From: an uncultured Verrucomicrobiota bacterium
Lineage (GTDB): Bacteria > Verrucomicrobiota > Kiritimatiellia > CAYTQP01 > CAYXEW01
Length of the DNA stretch: 64,000 bases
Assembly: GCA_964464115.1 (NCBI GenBank)
Contig: CAYXEW010000001.1
Location: 8,740 to 72,739, forward strand
Direction of reading: 5' to 3'
The notes below the pieces were generated by a model, which saw only the letters and a list, made by a program, of their open reading frames with translations, did no database searches and had not been told where the DNA came from. Below, in pieces: positions 56,567 through 64,000 of the stretch. Made by a program: the position numbers and the translations under genes. Positions within the stretch are counted from its first letter, which is position 1. The number at the start of each line of letters is the position of its first letter.

Positions 56567-57309
56567 CTTCCGAGACAGTCAACACCGATTACAAAGTGCA
56601 GCTTGAAGTCTTCGAAGGTCCGCTCGACCTGTTGCTGTACCTGATCAAAAAAGACGAAGTCGATGTTTATGATATACCGATAGTCAAGATCACAGAGCAA
56701 TACATGGAATATCTCGATATGATGAAGATGCTCGATCTGAACATAGCGGGAGATTTTCTGGTAATGGCCGCCACACTGATGATGATCAAGAGCCGTATGC
56801 TCTTACCCGTGGAAGACCGCAAAGAGCTGGATGAGGAAGACGAAGAGGACCCCCGCTGGGATTTGGTCCGCCAGCTCGTCGCCTATAAAAAATTCAAGGA
56901 TGCGGCGCTGCATCTGGAAGATCTGGAACTGCTAAGGCAGGATGTGTTCAAGCGTGACGGCGAGCCGGTGGTTCACGTGGAGGACGATCTGGAGAGCACG
57001 ATGCAGGATGTGGGTATTTTTGACCTGATTACAGCCTTTAACGAAGCGTTGCGCAGGATCAAAGAAGAACAGCTCAGTGAGATTTTTTCGGAACGATTTA
57101 CCGTAAGTGAAAAAATTGACAGCATTCTGTCGATGATCCGTACAGATAAGAAAAAGATATCGATCAGCAACCTGTTTGTAAAAATGCAATCCAGAACTGA
57201 AATCGTATGTACTTTTCTCGCTGTACTGGAACTCTTGAAGCTGAGCCAGATCCGGCTGTTTCAGGATCACCACTTTGGCGAAATTGTAATTGAACCCTGT
57301 GAAGTTTAG
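56563..57309 (+). CDS. scpA: segregation and condensation protein A
   Basis: LEVFEGPLDLLLYLIKKDEVDVYDIPI at the N-terminus. Confidence 0.85.
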   Translation: MTSETVNTDYKVQLEVFEGPLDLLLYLIKKDEVDVYDIPIVKITEQYMEYLDMMKMLDLNIAGDFLVMAATLMMIKSRMLLPVEDRKELDEEDEEDPRWDLVRQLVAYKKFKDAALHLEDLELLRQDVFKRDGEPVVHVEDDLESTMQDVGIFDLITAFNEALRRIKEEQLSEIFSERFTVSEKIDSILSMIRTDKKKISISNLFVKMQSRTEIVCTFLAVLELLKLSQIRLFQDHHFGEIVIEPCEV

Positions 57310-57358
57310 CACTGCAAATGAACGGGATTAGCATAGCATAGGGAAACGGGAGACAGGC

Positions 57359-58024
57359 ATGAACAAGGTAGATGTGCTGCCGGAGTTAAAAGAAATTATC
57401 GGCTCGATGCTGTTTGCAGCCAAGAACAGCTTGGATGCTCACAGCATTAAAAAGGTGCTGCAGCAGACGGCTGAAGAAGCGGGCGGCCGCGCTGAGGAAT
57501 ATGCGAAAGCGTCTGAGTCGATGATTGAAGAGGTCCTGGAAAACTATGCCGCTCAAATCAACGGGGCTGCCATGGGTTTTCGTATCACGCATGTGGCCGG
57601 CGGTTATCAGTTGGAGAATGATCCCTCCTGCGGTCACTGGTTGCGCATCTTCCTCGATAAAAGCAAGCCGAACCGGCTGTCAAAACCGGCGCTGGAAACG
57701 CTGGCTGTTATCGCCTACCGCCAACCATGCACGCGCGCCGATATCGAGGAAATCAGGGGCGTGGCCGTTTCGCATATGGTTAAAAACCTGCTGGAAATGC
57801 AGCTGGTTAAAATTGTCGGCAGAAGTGATTTACCGGGGAGGCCTTGGCTGTTTGGCACAACGCACCTATTTCTCGAGCACTTCGGACTAAGGAGTCTTGA
57901 CGATCTGCCAAATATGAAAGAATTGAAGTTTTACAAGCCTGAAAAGCAGGATAAAAAGCCAGATCCGCAGGCAGAATTGAATTTGGCTGAAGAACAGGAA
58001 GCGAGCGTGCAGGATGAGTCTTGA
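57359..58024 (+). CDS. scpB: segregation and condensation protein B
   Basis: Tandem winged-helix ScpB pattern (SIKKVL...GGYQL... and LETLAVIAYRQPCTRADIEEIRGV). It follows scpA. Confidence 0.85.
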   Translation: MNKVDVLPELKEIIGSMLFAAKNSLDAHSIKKVLQQTAEEAGGRAEEYAKASESMIEEVLENYAAQINGAAMGFRITHVAGGYQLENDPSCGHWLRIFLDKSKPNRLSKPALETLAVIAYRQPCTRADIEEIRGVAVSHMVKNLLEMQLVKIVGRSDLPGRPWLFGTTHLFLEHFGLRSLDDLPNMKELKFYKPEKQDKKPDPQAELNLAEEQEASVQDES

Positions 58025-59075
58025 TGAGCTGCGCCGAGCCATTGACGGCATTGATGAGAAAATTCTCGACCTTTTGAACGAGCGGACGCGCGTTGTTTTC
58101 GATGTCGGCAGGCATAAAGAAGACAACGGTAAGGCCTTCTACGTTCCCGCCCGGGAAAAGGAAGTGTATGAGAGGCTGGCAACGATGAACAAAGGCCCCA
58201 TCAGCAATGAAGCACTGCACGCGATTTACCGTGAAATCATGTCCTCCGCATTGTCACAGGAAAAAGACCTGTCCATAGCCTATCTGGGGCCGGAGGCCAC
58301 CTTCACGCATCAGGCGGCGCGGGCCAAGTTTGGCGGAAGCGTGCAGTACCGGGCCTGTGAAACGATAACGGATGTCTTTGCTGCAGTGGAGTCGGAAAAT
58401 GTCGATTACGGTGTTATCCCGGTCGAAAATTCAACAGATGGCGCCGTCACCCATACGCTGGATAAATTTACAGATACCACCGTGAACATCTGTGCCGAAA
58501 TTTACCTCAACATTACCCATTGCCTGCTGGCGCGAGATGATCGGCAGAGCATAGAGCGTCTCTACAGTAAAGAAGAGGTCTTTGGTCAGTGCCGTCACTG
58601 GTTACATGAAACAATGGCCGGGGTTGAGTTGAAACCTGTTTCCAGTACGGCAAAAGCAGCGGAAATGGCTGCATCCGAAGCGGGAACCGGAGCGTTGGCG
58701 TCAAAACTGGCCGGTGAGCTGTATGATCTGCAAATTCTGGAAGAGGGTATTCAGGACCGGGGGGGGAATACGACCCGCTTTCTTGTCATAGGCCGTCACT
58801 ACGGTCCGGCAACCGAAAAAGACAAGACGTCGTTGCTGTTCAGCGTTAAGCATACTGTCGGGGCGTTGTACGATGCCTTGAGCGTTTTCAAGAAACATGC
58901 GATCAACATGTCTAAAATCGAATCCCGCCCCAGTAAACAGCAGCTCTGGGAATACTGCTTTTTTGTCGACATTGAGGGGCACGCAGAAGACGAGCTGGTC
59001 AAGACAGCACTCGATGAATTATCGATACACTGTTCCATGCTTAAAATACTGGGATCTTATCCGGCCGTTGCGTAA
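58014..59075 (+). CDS. pheA: bifunctional chorismate mutase/prephenate dehydratase
   Basis: An N-terminal CM_2 region (LDELRRAIDGIDEKILDLLNER), then the PDT domain (IAYLGPEATFTHQAA...ESRPS) and a C-terminal ACT domain. Confidence 0.85.
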   Translation: MSLDELRRAIDGIDEKILDLLNERTRVVFDVGRHKEDNGKAFYVPAREKEVYERLATMNKGPISNEALHAIYREIMSSALSQEKDLSIAYLGPEATFTHQAARAKFGGSVQYRACETITDVFAAVESENVDYGVIPVENSTDGAVTHTLDKFTDTTVNICAEIYLNITHCLLARDDRQSIERLYSKEEVFGQCRHWLHETMAGVELKPVSSTAKAAEMAASEAGTGALASKLAGELYDLQILEEGIQDRGGNTTRFLVIGRHYGPATEKDKTSLLFSVKHTVGALYDALSVFKKHAINMSKIESRPSKQQLWEYCFFVDIEGHAEDELVKTALDELSIHCSMLKILGSYPAVA

Positions 59076-59153
59076 TGGTTTGGCTCTTCCGTGAAGAACC
59101 TTGTTTGACATCCAGAATTAGGAATGACACCGTTTTCTGAAACCTTTTTGTAA

Positions 59154-59181
59154 GGCTGGAACGGTCGCAGACCTTCCAGCC
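59154..59181 (+). terminator. stem-loop GGCUGGAA-N12-UUCCAGCC after pheA, a possible terminator or processing hairpin with no U-tract
   Basis: Read directly from the sequence. There is an 8-bp perfect stem. Confidence 0.35.
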
Positions 59182-59476
59182 GCATACGGCGCGATGGCCT
59201 TCGGCCATTAGCGCCCTACGAAGGAGCCATCTCCACTTCGCTTCGGCTGTTGCCATGGATTTGCGGCAGGAAACTACAGCGGCACCCTGGCGCCCATGCA
59301 AAGCGTGGCAAGTTCGCAGCCCTGTCCCACTTATGCGGGATACAGCATTTTGAACACGTGAAGAATACAGGCTAAAACCATTGCAGAGACTGTGTTTTTT
59401 GTGTATAGGTGGTCACACTTTTTGGTTTATGTTATGAATTGGTTAGAAATAGTTAAACATCGATGAGAGGGCGGTT

Positions 59477-61471
59477 ATGAGTAAAGTTGATATTTCAAGG
59501 ATCAGGAATTTTGCAATACTGGGGCATACCGGAAGTGGTAAGACGACGCTCCTTGATTCTATACTTCACAAAACAGGTATCAATGATCGCCTCGGATCGG
59601 TGGAAAATGGTTCGAGTATGTGTGACTGGACTGAAGAGGAGAAGGGACATCATATTTCAGTGTGGGCGAAACCTTTCAGCGGTTACTACAAGGCACATAA
59701 CGGCAGTGAATTTGACATGGTCATACTGGATACACCGGGTTATGCGGACTTTACCGGTCAAATGCTGGCGGCTACCCGCGCCGCTGACAGCGCATTGATC
59801 ACGATTGACTGTACCAGTGGCATCGAGGTGGGCACTCAGCGTGCATGGAGACGTTGCGACAAGCTGGATATGCCGCGCGCCATTGCTATTACCGGCATTC
59901 ACAAAGAGAATGCCAACTTTGACGCAGCCCTGAATATCGTTCAAGAGTTGTGGGGCAAACGGTGTGTTCCGTTAACGTTACCCGGTGAAGGTGAGACCGT
60001 ATACAGTGTACTCGAAAAGAACGACATTCCGCAGGAACTGGTTGAGCTTGCTGCCGAAACCGACGACACCCTGCTGGAAAAATTCTTCGATGGCATAACC
60101 TTGACCAAAGAAGAAATTCTGCTCGGCTTGCGCGGCGCGATCAACAACGGCAACTTTATACCCGTTTTCGCGGTGGCCTGCAAAGCAGAACTCGGCACCG
60201 ATGAAATGCTCGACAATATTGCCATGATGTTTCCGTCTCCCGCTGAGCGTAAAATCAGAGATGTGGAAGGAAACATTATTAATGCAGCGACTGACGCACC
60301 CTTTACGGGCATGATTTGGCGCACCGTCACCGATCCTTTTGTCGGTCACATGTCTTATATTCGAGTTCTCGGGGGAACACTTAAAGCCGATAGCGAAGTA
60401 TTCAATGCTACGAAGGGACACAAAGAGCGTATTCCCAGCCTGTACATCATCAATGGTAAAAAACAGGAAAAGGTGACAGAGGCTGTGGCGGGAGAAATCG
60501 TAGCCCTCGCAAAACTCAAGGATACGGAGACAAATGATACACTCTGTGCGGTGGGGCAGCAGGTGCATATGGAACCCATTCATTTCCCCCAGCCAGTCGT
60601 CGTTTATGCAGTGGAACCCAAAACACGCGGAGATGATGATAAAATGGCGGGTGGATTACAGCGTGTCGCCGAAGAGGATCCGACCATCAGTGTCGGCCGC
60701 AATGAAGATACCCACGAGCTGACCCTGTCGGGAATGGGGGATATCCAAATTAATATTGCGGTCGAAAATATGAAAAAACACAGTAATGTGGATGTCGTAC
60801 TCAATACGCCCAAAGTGCCTTATAAAGAGACCATCACTTCGACGGGTGAAGGTCATTACAAACATAAAAAGCAGTCCGGCGGCCGCGGGCAGTACGGCGA
60901 AGTTTATTTACGCGTTGAACCCAAACAGCCCGATGATGAGGAATGGTTCCTGAATCAGATTGTGGGTGGTGCGATCCCGAGTGGTTTTGTGCCGGCCGTC
61001 CAGAAAGGTCTGGTGGAAGGTATGACGAAAGGCGCCCTGGCAGGATATCCTGTAGTCAATGCCAGAGTCGCTCTCTATGACGGCTCCTATCACGATGTCG
61101 ACTCGTCGGAAATTGCCTTTAAAATTGCGGGAGCGCGGGCTTTCAATGAGGCGATGGGTAAAGCTAAGCCGGTCCTGCTAGAACCGATCATGAAAGTGCG
61201 CGTGATGATTCCCGATGAATATATGGGAGACGTGAGCGGCGACCTCAATCAGCGGCGAGGCCGTATTCTGGGCATGGGTATTGAAGAGGGTCTGCAGGTT
61301 ATTACGGCAGAAGTGCCCCGATCTGAAATCTTTTCCTATTCATCTCAATTGCGCAGTCTGACACACGGGCGGGGCACCTTCGAGATGGAATTCGAACGCT
61401 ATGACACCGTGCCCGCCAATGTGGCTCAGAAAATAATAGCCCAGGCGAAGCAGGATGAAGAGAACGTATAA
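59477..61471 (+). CDS. elongation factor G paralogue (EF-G-like translational GTPase)
   Basis: G-domain motifs AILGHTGSGKTTL and DTPGYADF. Five-domain EF-G architecture, 664 aa. Confidence 0.85.
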   Translation: MSKVDISRIRNFAILGHTGSGKTTLLDSILHKTGINDRLGSVENGSSMCDWTEEEKGHHISVWAKPFSGYYKAHNGSEFDMVILDTPGYADFTGQMLAATRAADSALITIDCTSGIEVGTQRAWRRCDKLDMPRAIAITGIHKENANFDAALNIVQELWGKRCVPLTLPGEGETVYSVLEKNDIPQELVELAAETDDTLLEKFFDGITLTKEEILLGLRGAINNGNFIPVFAVACKAELGTDEMLDNIAMMFPSPAERKIRDVEGNIINAATDAPFTGMIWRTVTDPFVGHMSYIRVLGGTLKADSEVFNATKGHKERIPSLYIINGKKQEKVTEAVAGEIVALAKLKDTETNDTLCAVGQQVHMEPIHFPQPVVVYAVEPKTRGDDDKMAGGLQRVAEEDPTISVGRNEDTHELTLSGMGDIQINIAVENMKKHSNVDVVLNTPKVPYKETITSTGEGHYKHKKQSGGRGQYGEVYLRVEPKQPDDEEWFLNQIVGGAIPSGFVPAVQKGLVEGMTKGALAGYPVVNARVALYDGSYHDVDSSEIAFKIAGARAFNEAMGKAKPVLLEPIMKVRVMIPDEYMGDVSGDLNQRRGRILGMGIEEGLQVITAEVPRSEIFSYSSQLRSLTHGRGTFEMEFERYDTVPANVAQKIIAQAKQDEENV

Positions 61472-61565
61472 GCAGCTATGAATAAGGCGGTGGTAGAGCA
61501 GGGTACATCCTCTCCGGTGGATAAACGCCGTGCACACCGTAAACATGTGAAACAGGAAGTGAGTT

Positions 61566-62327
61566 ATGAGCGGTCATAATAAGTGGTCTACCATTAAGCA
61601 TAAAAAAGCCGCTGCCGATGCAAAGCGGGGCAAAGTATTCAGCAAAATCGCCCGCGAAATTGTCGTGGCGGTTCAGACGGGAGGCGGCGAAGAGGATAAG
61701 AACCCGAGTTTACGACTGTTGATGCAGAAAGCCCGCAGTGTAAATATGCCGGCGGACAATGTCGAACGCGCTGTCAAGAAGGGAACCGGAGAGCTTCAGG
61801 ATGACGTCATCATGGAGGAACTCGTATACGAGGGCTACGCGCCTGGCGGCGTGGGCGTGGTGGTTCTTGCCGTCACGGACAACAAGAACCGAACCGCTGC
61901 GGAGGTGCGCCACGCTTTTACTAGGCATAACAACAATATGGCGGGGCAGGGCAGCGTTTCCCGACTGTTTAACAGAAAGGGACTGATCGAAATTGATGCC
62001 GCAAAAGCGGATGAGGAAAAGGTCATGGAAATTGCCCTCGAGGCCGGGGCGGAAGATATGCAGAGCAGTCCCGCTCAGTATACGGTTACGACCGATCCTT
62101 CGACCTACGTCGGCGTAGTGGATGCCCTGAATAATGCCGGGATCGAAATTGCCAACGCGGAAGTAACGCTTTTACCGGAAACGACCATCCCCGTAACGGA
62201 TAAATCGCAGGCTTCAGCTATTTTGAGGTTTATTGACACTCTCGATGAATTAGATGATGTACAGGATGTCTTTTCCAACTATGAAATAGATGACGAGTTG
62301 ATGGAACAGATATCTGCTGATGAATAG
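61566..62327 (+). CDS. yebC: YebC/PmpR family transcriptional regulator
   Basis: MSGHNKWSTIKHKKAAADAKRGKVFSKIAREI is the canonical YebC N-terminus. Confidence 0.9.
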   Translation: MSGHNKWSTIKHKKAAADAKRGKVFSKIAREIVVAVQTGGGEEDKNPSLRLLMQKARSVNMPADNVERAVKKGTGELQDDVIMEELVYEGYAPGGVGVVVLAVTDNKNRTAAEVRHAFTRHNNNMAGQGSVSRLFNRKGLIEIDAAKADEEKVMEIALEAGAEDMQSSPAQYTVTTDPSTYVGVVDALNNAGIEIANAEVTLLPETTIPVTDKSQASAILRFIDTLDELDDVQDVFSNYEIDDELMEQISADE

Positions 62328-62829
62328 GCGCAGAAGAGTCCTGGGGGTGGATACGTCGCTGCGTTCGTCCGGCGTCGGAGTCGTCGAGGCGGACGGCAAC
62401 AGGTTTCGGGCGCTCCATTACGGCCGCATACACAACCCGGCCTCCCGCCTTCATTCTCATTGTCTGCGTCATATAAAACAATCTTTAGAGGTAATTCTGA
62501 GTACATGGATGCCCGATGAGGTAGTGGTGGAAGGTACCTTTTTTTCCAAAAACGCCAATACCGCCATGATACTGGGAGAAGCGCGCGGGGTGGTGATTGC
62601 GGAATGTGCATCACGGGATATTCCCGTCTACGAATACTCACCACGCAAGGTGAAGCTGGCGGTCGTGGGGACTGGCACCGCCAGTAAACAGCAGGTCGCC
62701 CACATGATTCAGCGCATGATGGGTCTGATAGAAGTTCCTCAGAATGATGCCGCCGATGCCCTTGCCATCGCCATGTGTCATCTGCATAATAGTAACGCGA
62801 TATTGGGTACGACGGGTAAGCAGATTTAA
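62320..62829 (+). CDS. ruvC: crossover junction endodeoxyribonuclease RuvC
   Basis: LGVDTSLRSSGVGVVE (the GIDPG-like motif) with a catalytic Asp/Glu set. It is adjacent to yebC, as is usual. Confidence 0.88.
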   Translation: MNRRRRVLGVDTSLRSSGVGVVEADGNRFRALHYGRIHNPASRLHSHCLRHIKQSLEVILSTWMPDEVVVEGTFFSKNANTAMILGEARGVVIAECASRDIPVYEYSPRKVKLAVVGTGTASKQQVAHMIQRMMGLIEVPQNDAADALAIAMCHLHNSNAILGTTGKQI

Positions 62830-62850
62830 GCAGACCGGAGAAAAAAAGCG

Positions 62851-63732
62851 ATGAGCGCTCACATTCTGGACGGAAAAAAGATAGCAGCCGATATCCGGCA
62901 AGAGATTAAGGATTCCGTGACAAAACTGAGGAAGGAACGATCAATCGTCCCGGGGCTCGGGGTCTTACTGGTAGGGGAGAACCCCGCATCCCGTTCATAT
63001 GTCACGGCTAAAGAGCGGGCCTGTGAAGAGGCCGGCATCTACTCGGAGGAAATCCTGCTGCCGGCATCTGCCGGCATAAACGAGATGCTGGATGTCGTAT
63101 CCTCTATGAATGCAAACGACAGTATTCACGGCATACTCGTTCAATTACCATTGCCGAGTGCTGATGCAGAACAGGAAGTCATAGAGCATATTGTTCCAGA
63201 AAAAGATGTAGACGGTTTTCATCCGGTGAATGTCGGACGTATGATGCTTGGGTTGCCGTCCTTTCTGCCATGTACGCCCCACGGCATTCTACAGATTCTC
63301 AAACACGTCCGTGTCTCAACATCAGGCGCTCATGCCGTTGTCGTGGGTCGGAGTAACATCGTCGGGCGCCCTCTGGCAAATATGCTGTCACAAAAATCAG
63401 ATACGGGTAATGCCACGGTGACGGTCTGTCACACCCACACAAAAGAGCTGGCCGCGATAACGCGGCAGGCGGATATACTCATTGCCGCCGCCGGGCGGCC
63501 CGCTATGATTACTGGAGATATGGTAAAAGAGGGGGCTGTCGTGATAGATGTCGGTGTGAACCGCGTTGAGGATCCCTCTAAAAAACAGGGGTACCGTCTG
63601 GTGGGGGATGTCGATTTCGATAGTGTCAAAGATGTGGCCTCCGCTCTTACACCGGTACCGGGCGGTGTCGGGCCTATGACGATTACCATGCTTCTCTTCA
63701 ATACGCTTGAAGCGGCCCGTCGCATATCCTAG
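62851..63732 (+). CDS. folD: bifunctional methylenetetrahydrofolate dehydrogenase/cyclohydrolase
   Basis: ILDGKKIA...PGLGVLLVGENPASRSYV...HGILVQLPLP...VVVGRSNIVGRP. Confidence 0.9.
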   Translation: MSAHILDGKKIAADIRQEIKDSVTKLRKERSIVPGLGVLLVGENPASRSYVTAKERACEEAGIYSEEILLPASAGINEMLDVVSSMNANDSIHGILVQLPLPSADAEQEVIEHIVPEKDVDGFHPVNVGRMMLGLPSFLPCTPHGILQILKHVRVSTSGAHAVVVGRSNIVGRPLANMLSQKSDTGNATVTVCHTHTKELAAITRQADILIAAAGRPAMITGDMVKEGAVVIDVGVNRVEDPSKKQGYRLVGDVDFDSVKDVASALTPVPGGVGPMTITMLLFNTLEAARRIS

Positions 63733-63741
63733 ATTGGCATT

Positions 63742-64000
63742 ATGAGAATTCTAAATCGCTATCTTACTCACGATTTACTCATCACGTTTCTGATGGCTTT
63801 CTGTGTCATAACGTTGGTGATGTCAATCGGCGTCATTTTCCAAGCCATTGATTATATTGCACGCGGGGCTTCAGCGGGTGCCATCCTTAAACTGTTTTTT
63901 TATAACATGCCGTTTCTGATGTCGTTCACTCTTCCTATGAGCTTGCTGGTCGCCGTGCTGTTGCTGTTTGGTAAGCTGTCGATGGAGGGTGAACTGGTGG
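63742..64000 (+). CDS. LptF/LptG family LPS export permease; only the N-terminal end lies in the window
   Basis: MRILNRYLTHDLLITFLMAFCVITLVMS matches the characteristic YjgP/YjgQ N-terminus. The frame stays open to the window end. Confidence 0.6.
   Translation, partial: MRILNRYLTHDLLITFLMAFCVITLVMSIGVIFQAIDYIARGASAGAILKLFFYNMPFLMSFTLPMSLLVAVLLLFGKLSMEGELV

Noticed and set aside
1-64000. CRISPR arrays, retron or DGR reverse transcriptases, transposases, and integrases other than xerD
   Set aside because: There are no regularly spaced direct repeats and no ORF with RT, DDE or serine-recombinase motifs. The only short repeats are the dispersed motifs reported in the findings.

Overview
This 64 kb window comes from a chromosomal region of a diderm (Gram-negative) bacterium, judged by the presence of LptF/G, Wzm/Wzt, a LapA-like protein and a LemA/TPM pair. 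By eye the GC content is about 50-55 % and genes are tightly packed; I could not assign a taxon. Most of the window is housekeeping: a GH94 glycoside phosphorylase (cut by the window edge), an ABC-3 metal importer, rubredoxin, HU, hisS, aspS, accA, a LysM L,D-transpeptidase, a rhomboid protease, rnc, initiator tRNA-Met, LemA/TPM, rhaA, mutL, tRNA-Arg(ACG), tmRNA (ssrA), a PIG-L deacetylase, xerD, purC, tadA, lipA, a metallophosphoesterase, a GlnE-family adenylyltransferase, secA, trpS, scpA/scpB, pheA, an EF-G paralogue, yebC-ruvC, folD and the start of lptF/G. Three things stand out. First, immediately 3' of ssrA there is an AT-rich, single-gene insertion of about 2.2 kb (roughly 40 % GC by eye, with foreign codon usage). 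Its 498-aa product fuses an unrecognised N-terminal region of about 270 aa to a shikimate-dehydrogenase-like NAD(P) Rossmann domain, and I cannot place it in any family I know. It is the best candidate for something new here and could plausibly be a single-gene accessory or defence function. Second, a cluster of about 14 kb (39.9-54.2 kb) encodes an ABC-transporter-dependent glycan pathway: a Wzm permease, a Wzt ATPase with a C-terminal glycan-binding domain, a 1094-aa and a 787-aa multi-domain glycosyltransferase, and a GtrB-like/GT-C membrane glycosylation module, with a pair of receiver-only proteins beside it. Third, the GlnE homologue carries two N-terminal ACT-like domains not found in canonical GlnE. 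Below the gene level I found: a recurring 11-13-mer (GCATTTTGAAC) in intergenic DNA, two of whose copies extend to about 30 bp of similarity; a duplicated element of about 50 bp, one copy after rhaA and one inside the insertion, each containing a 9-codon mini-ORF; a triple GTACTA direct repeat with helical spacing; and a perfect 20-bp palindrome followed by a 10-bp palindrome. There is no CRISPR array, no reverse transcriptase and no transposase.
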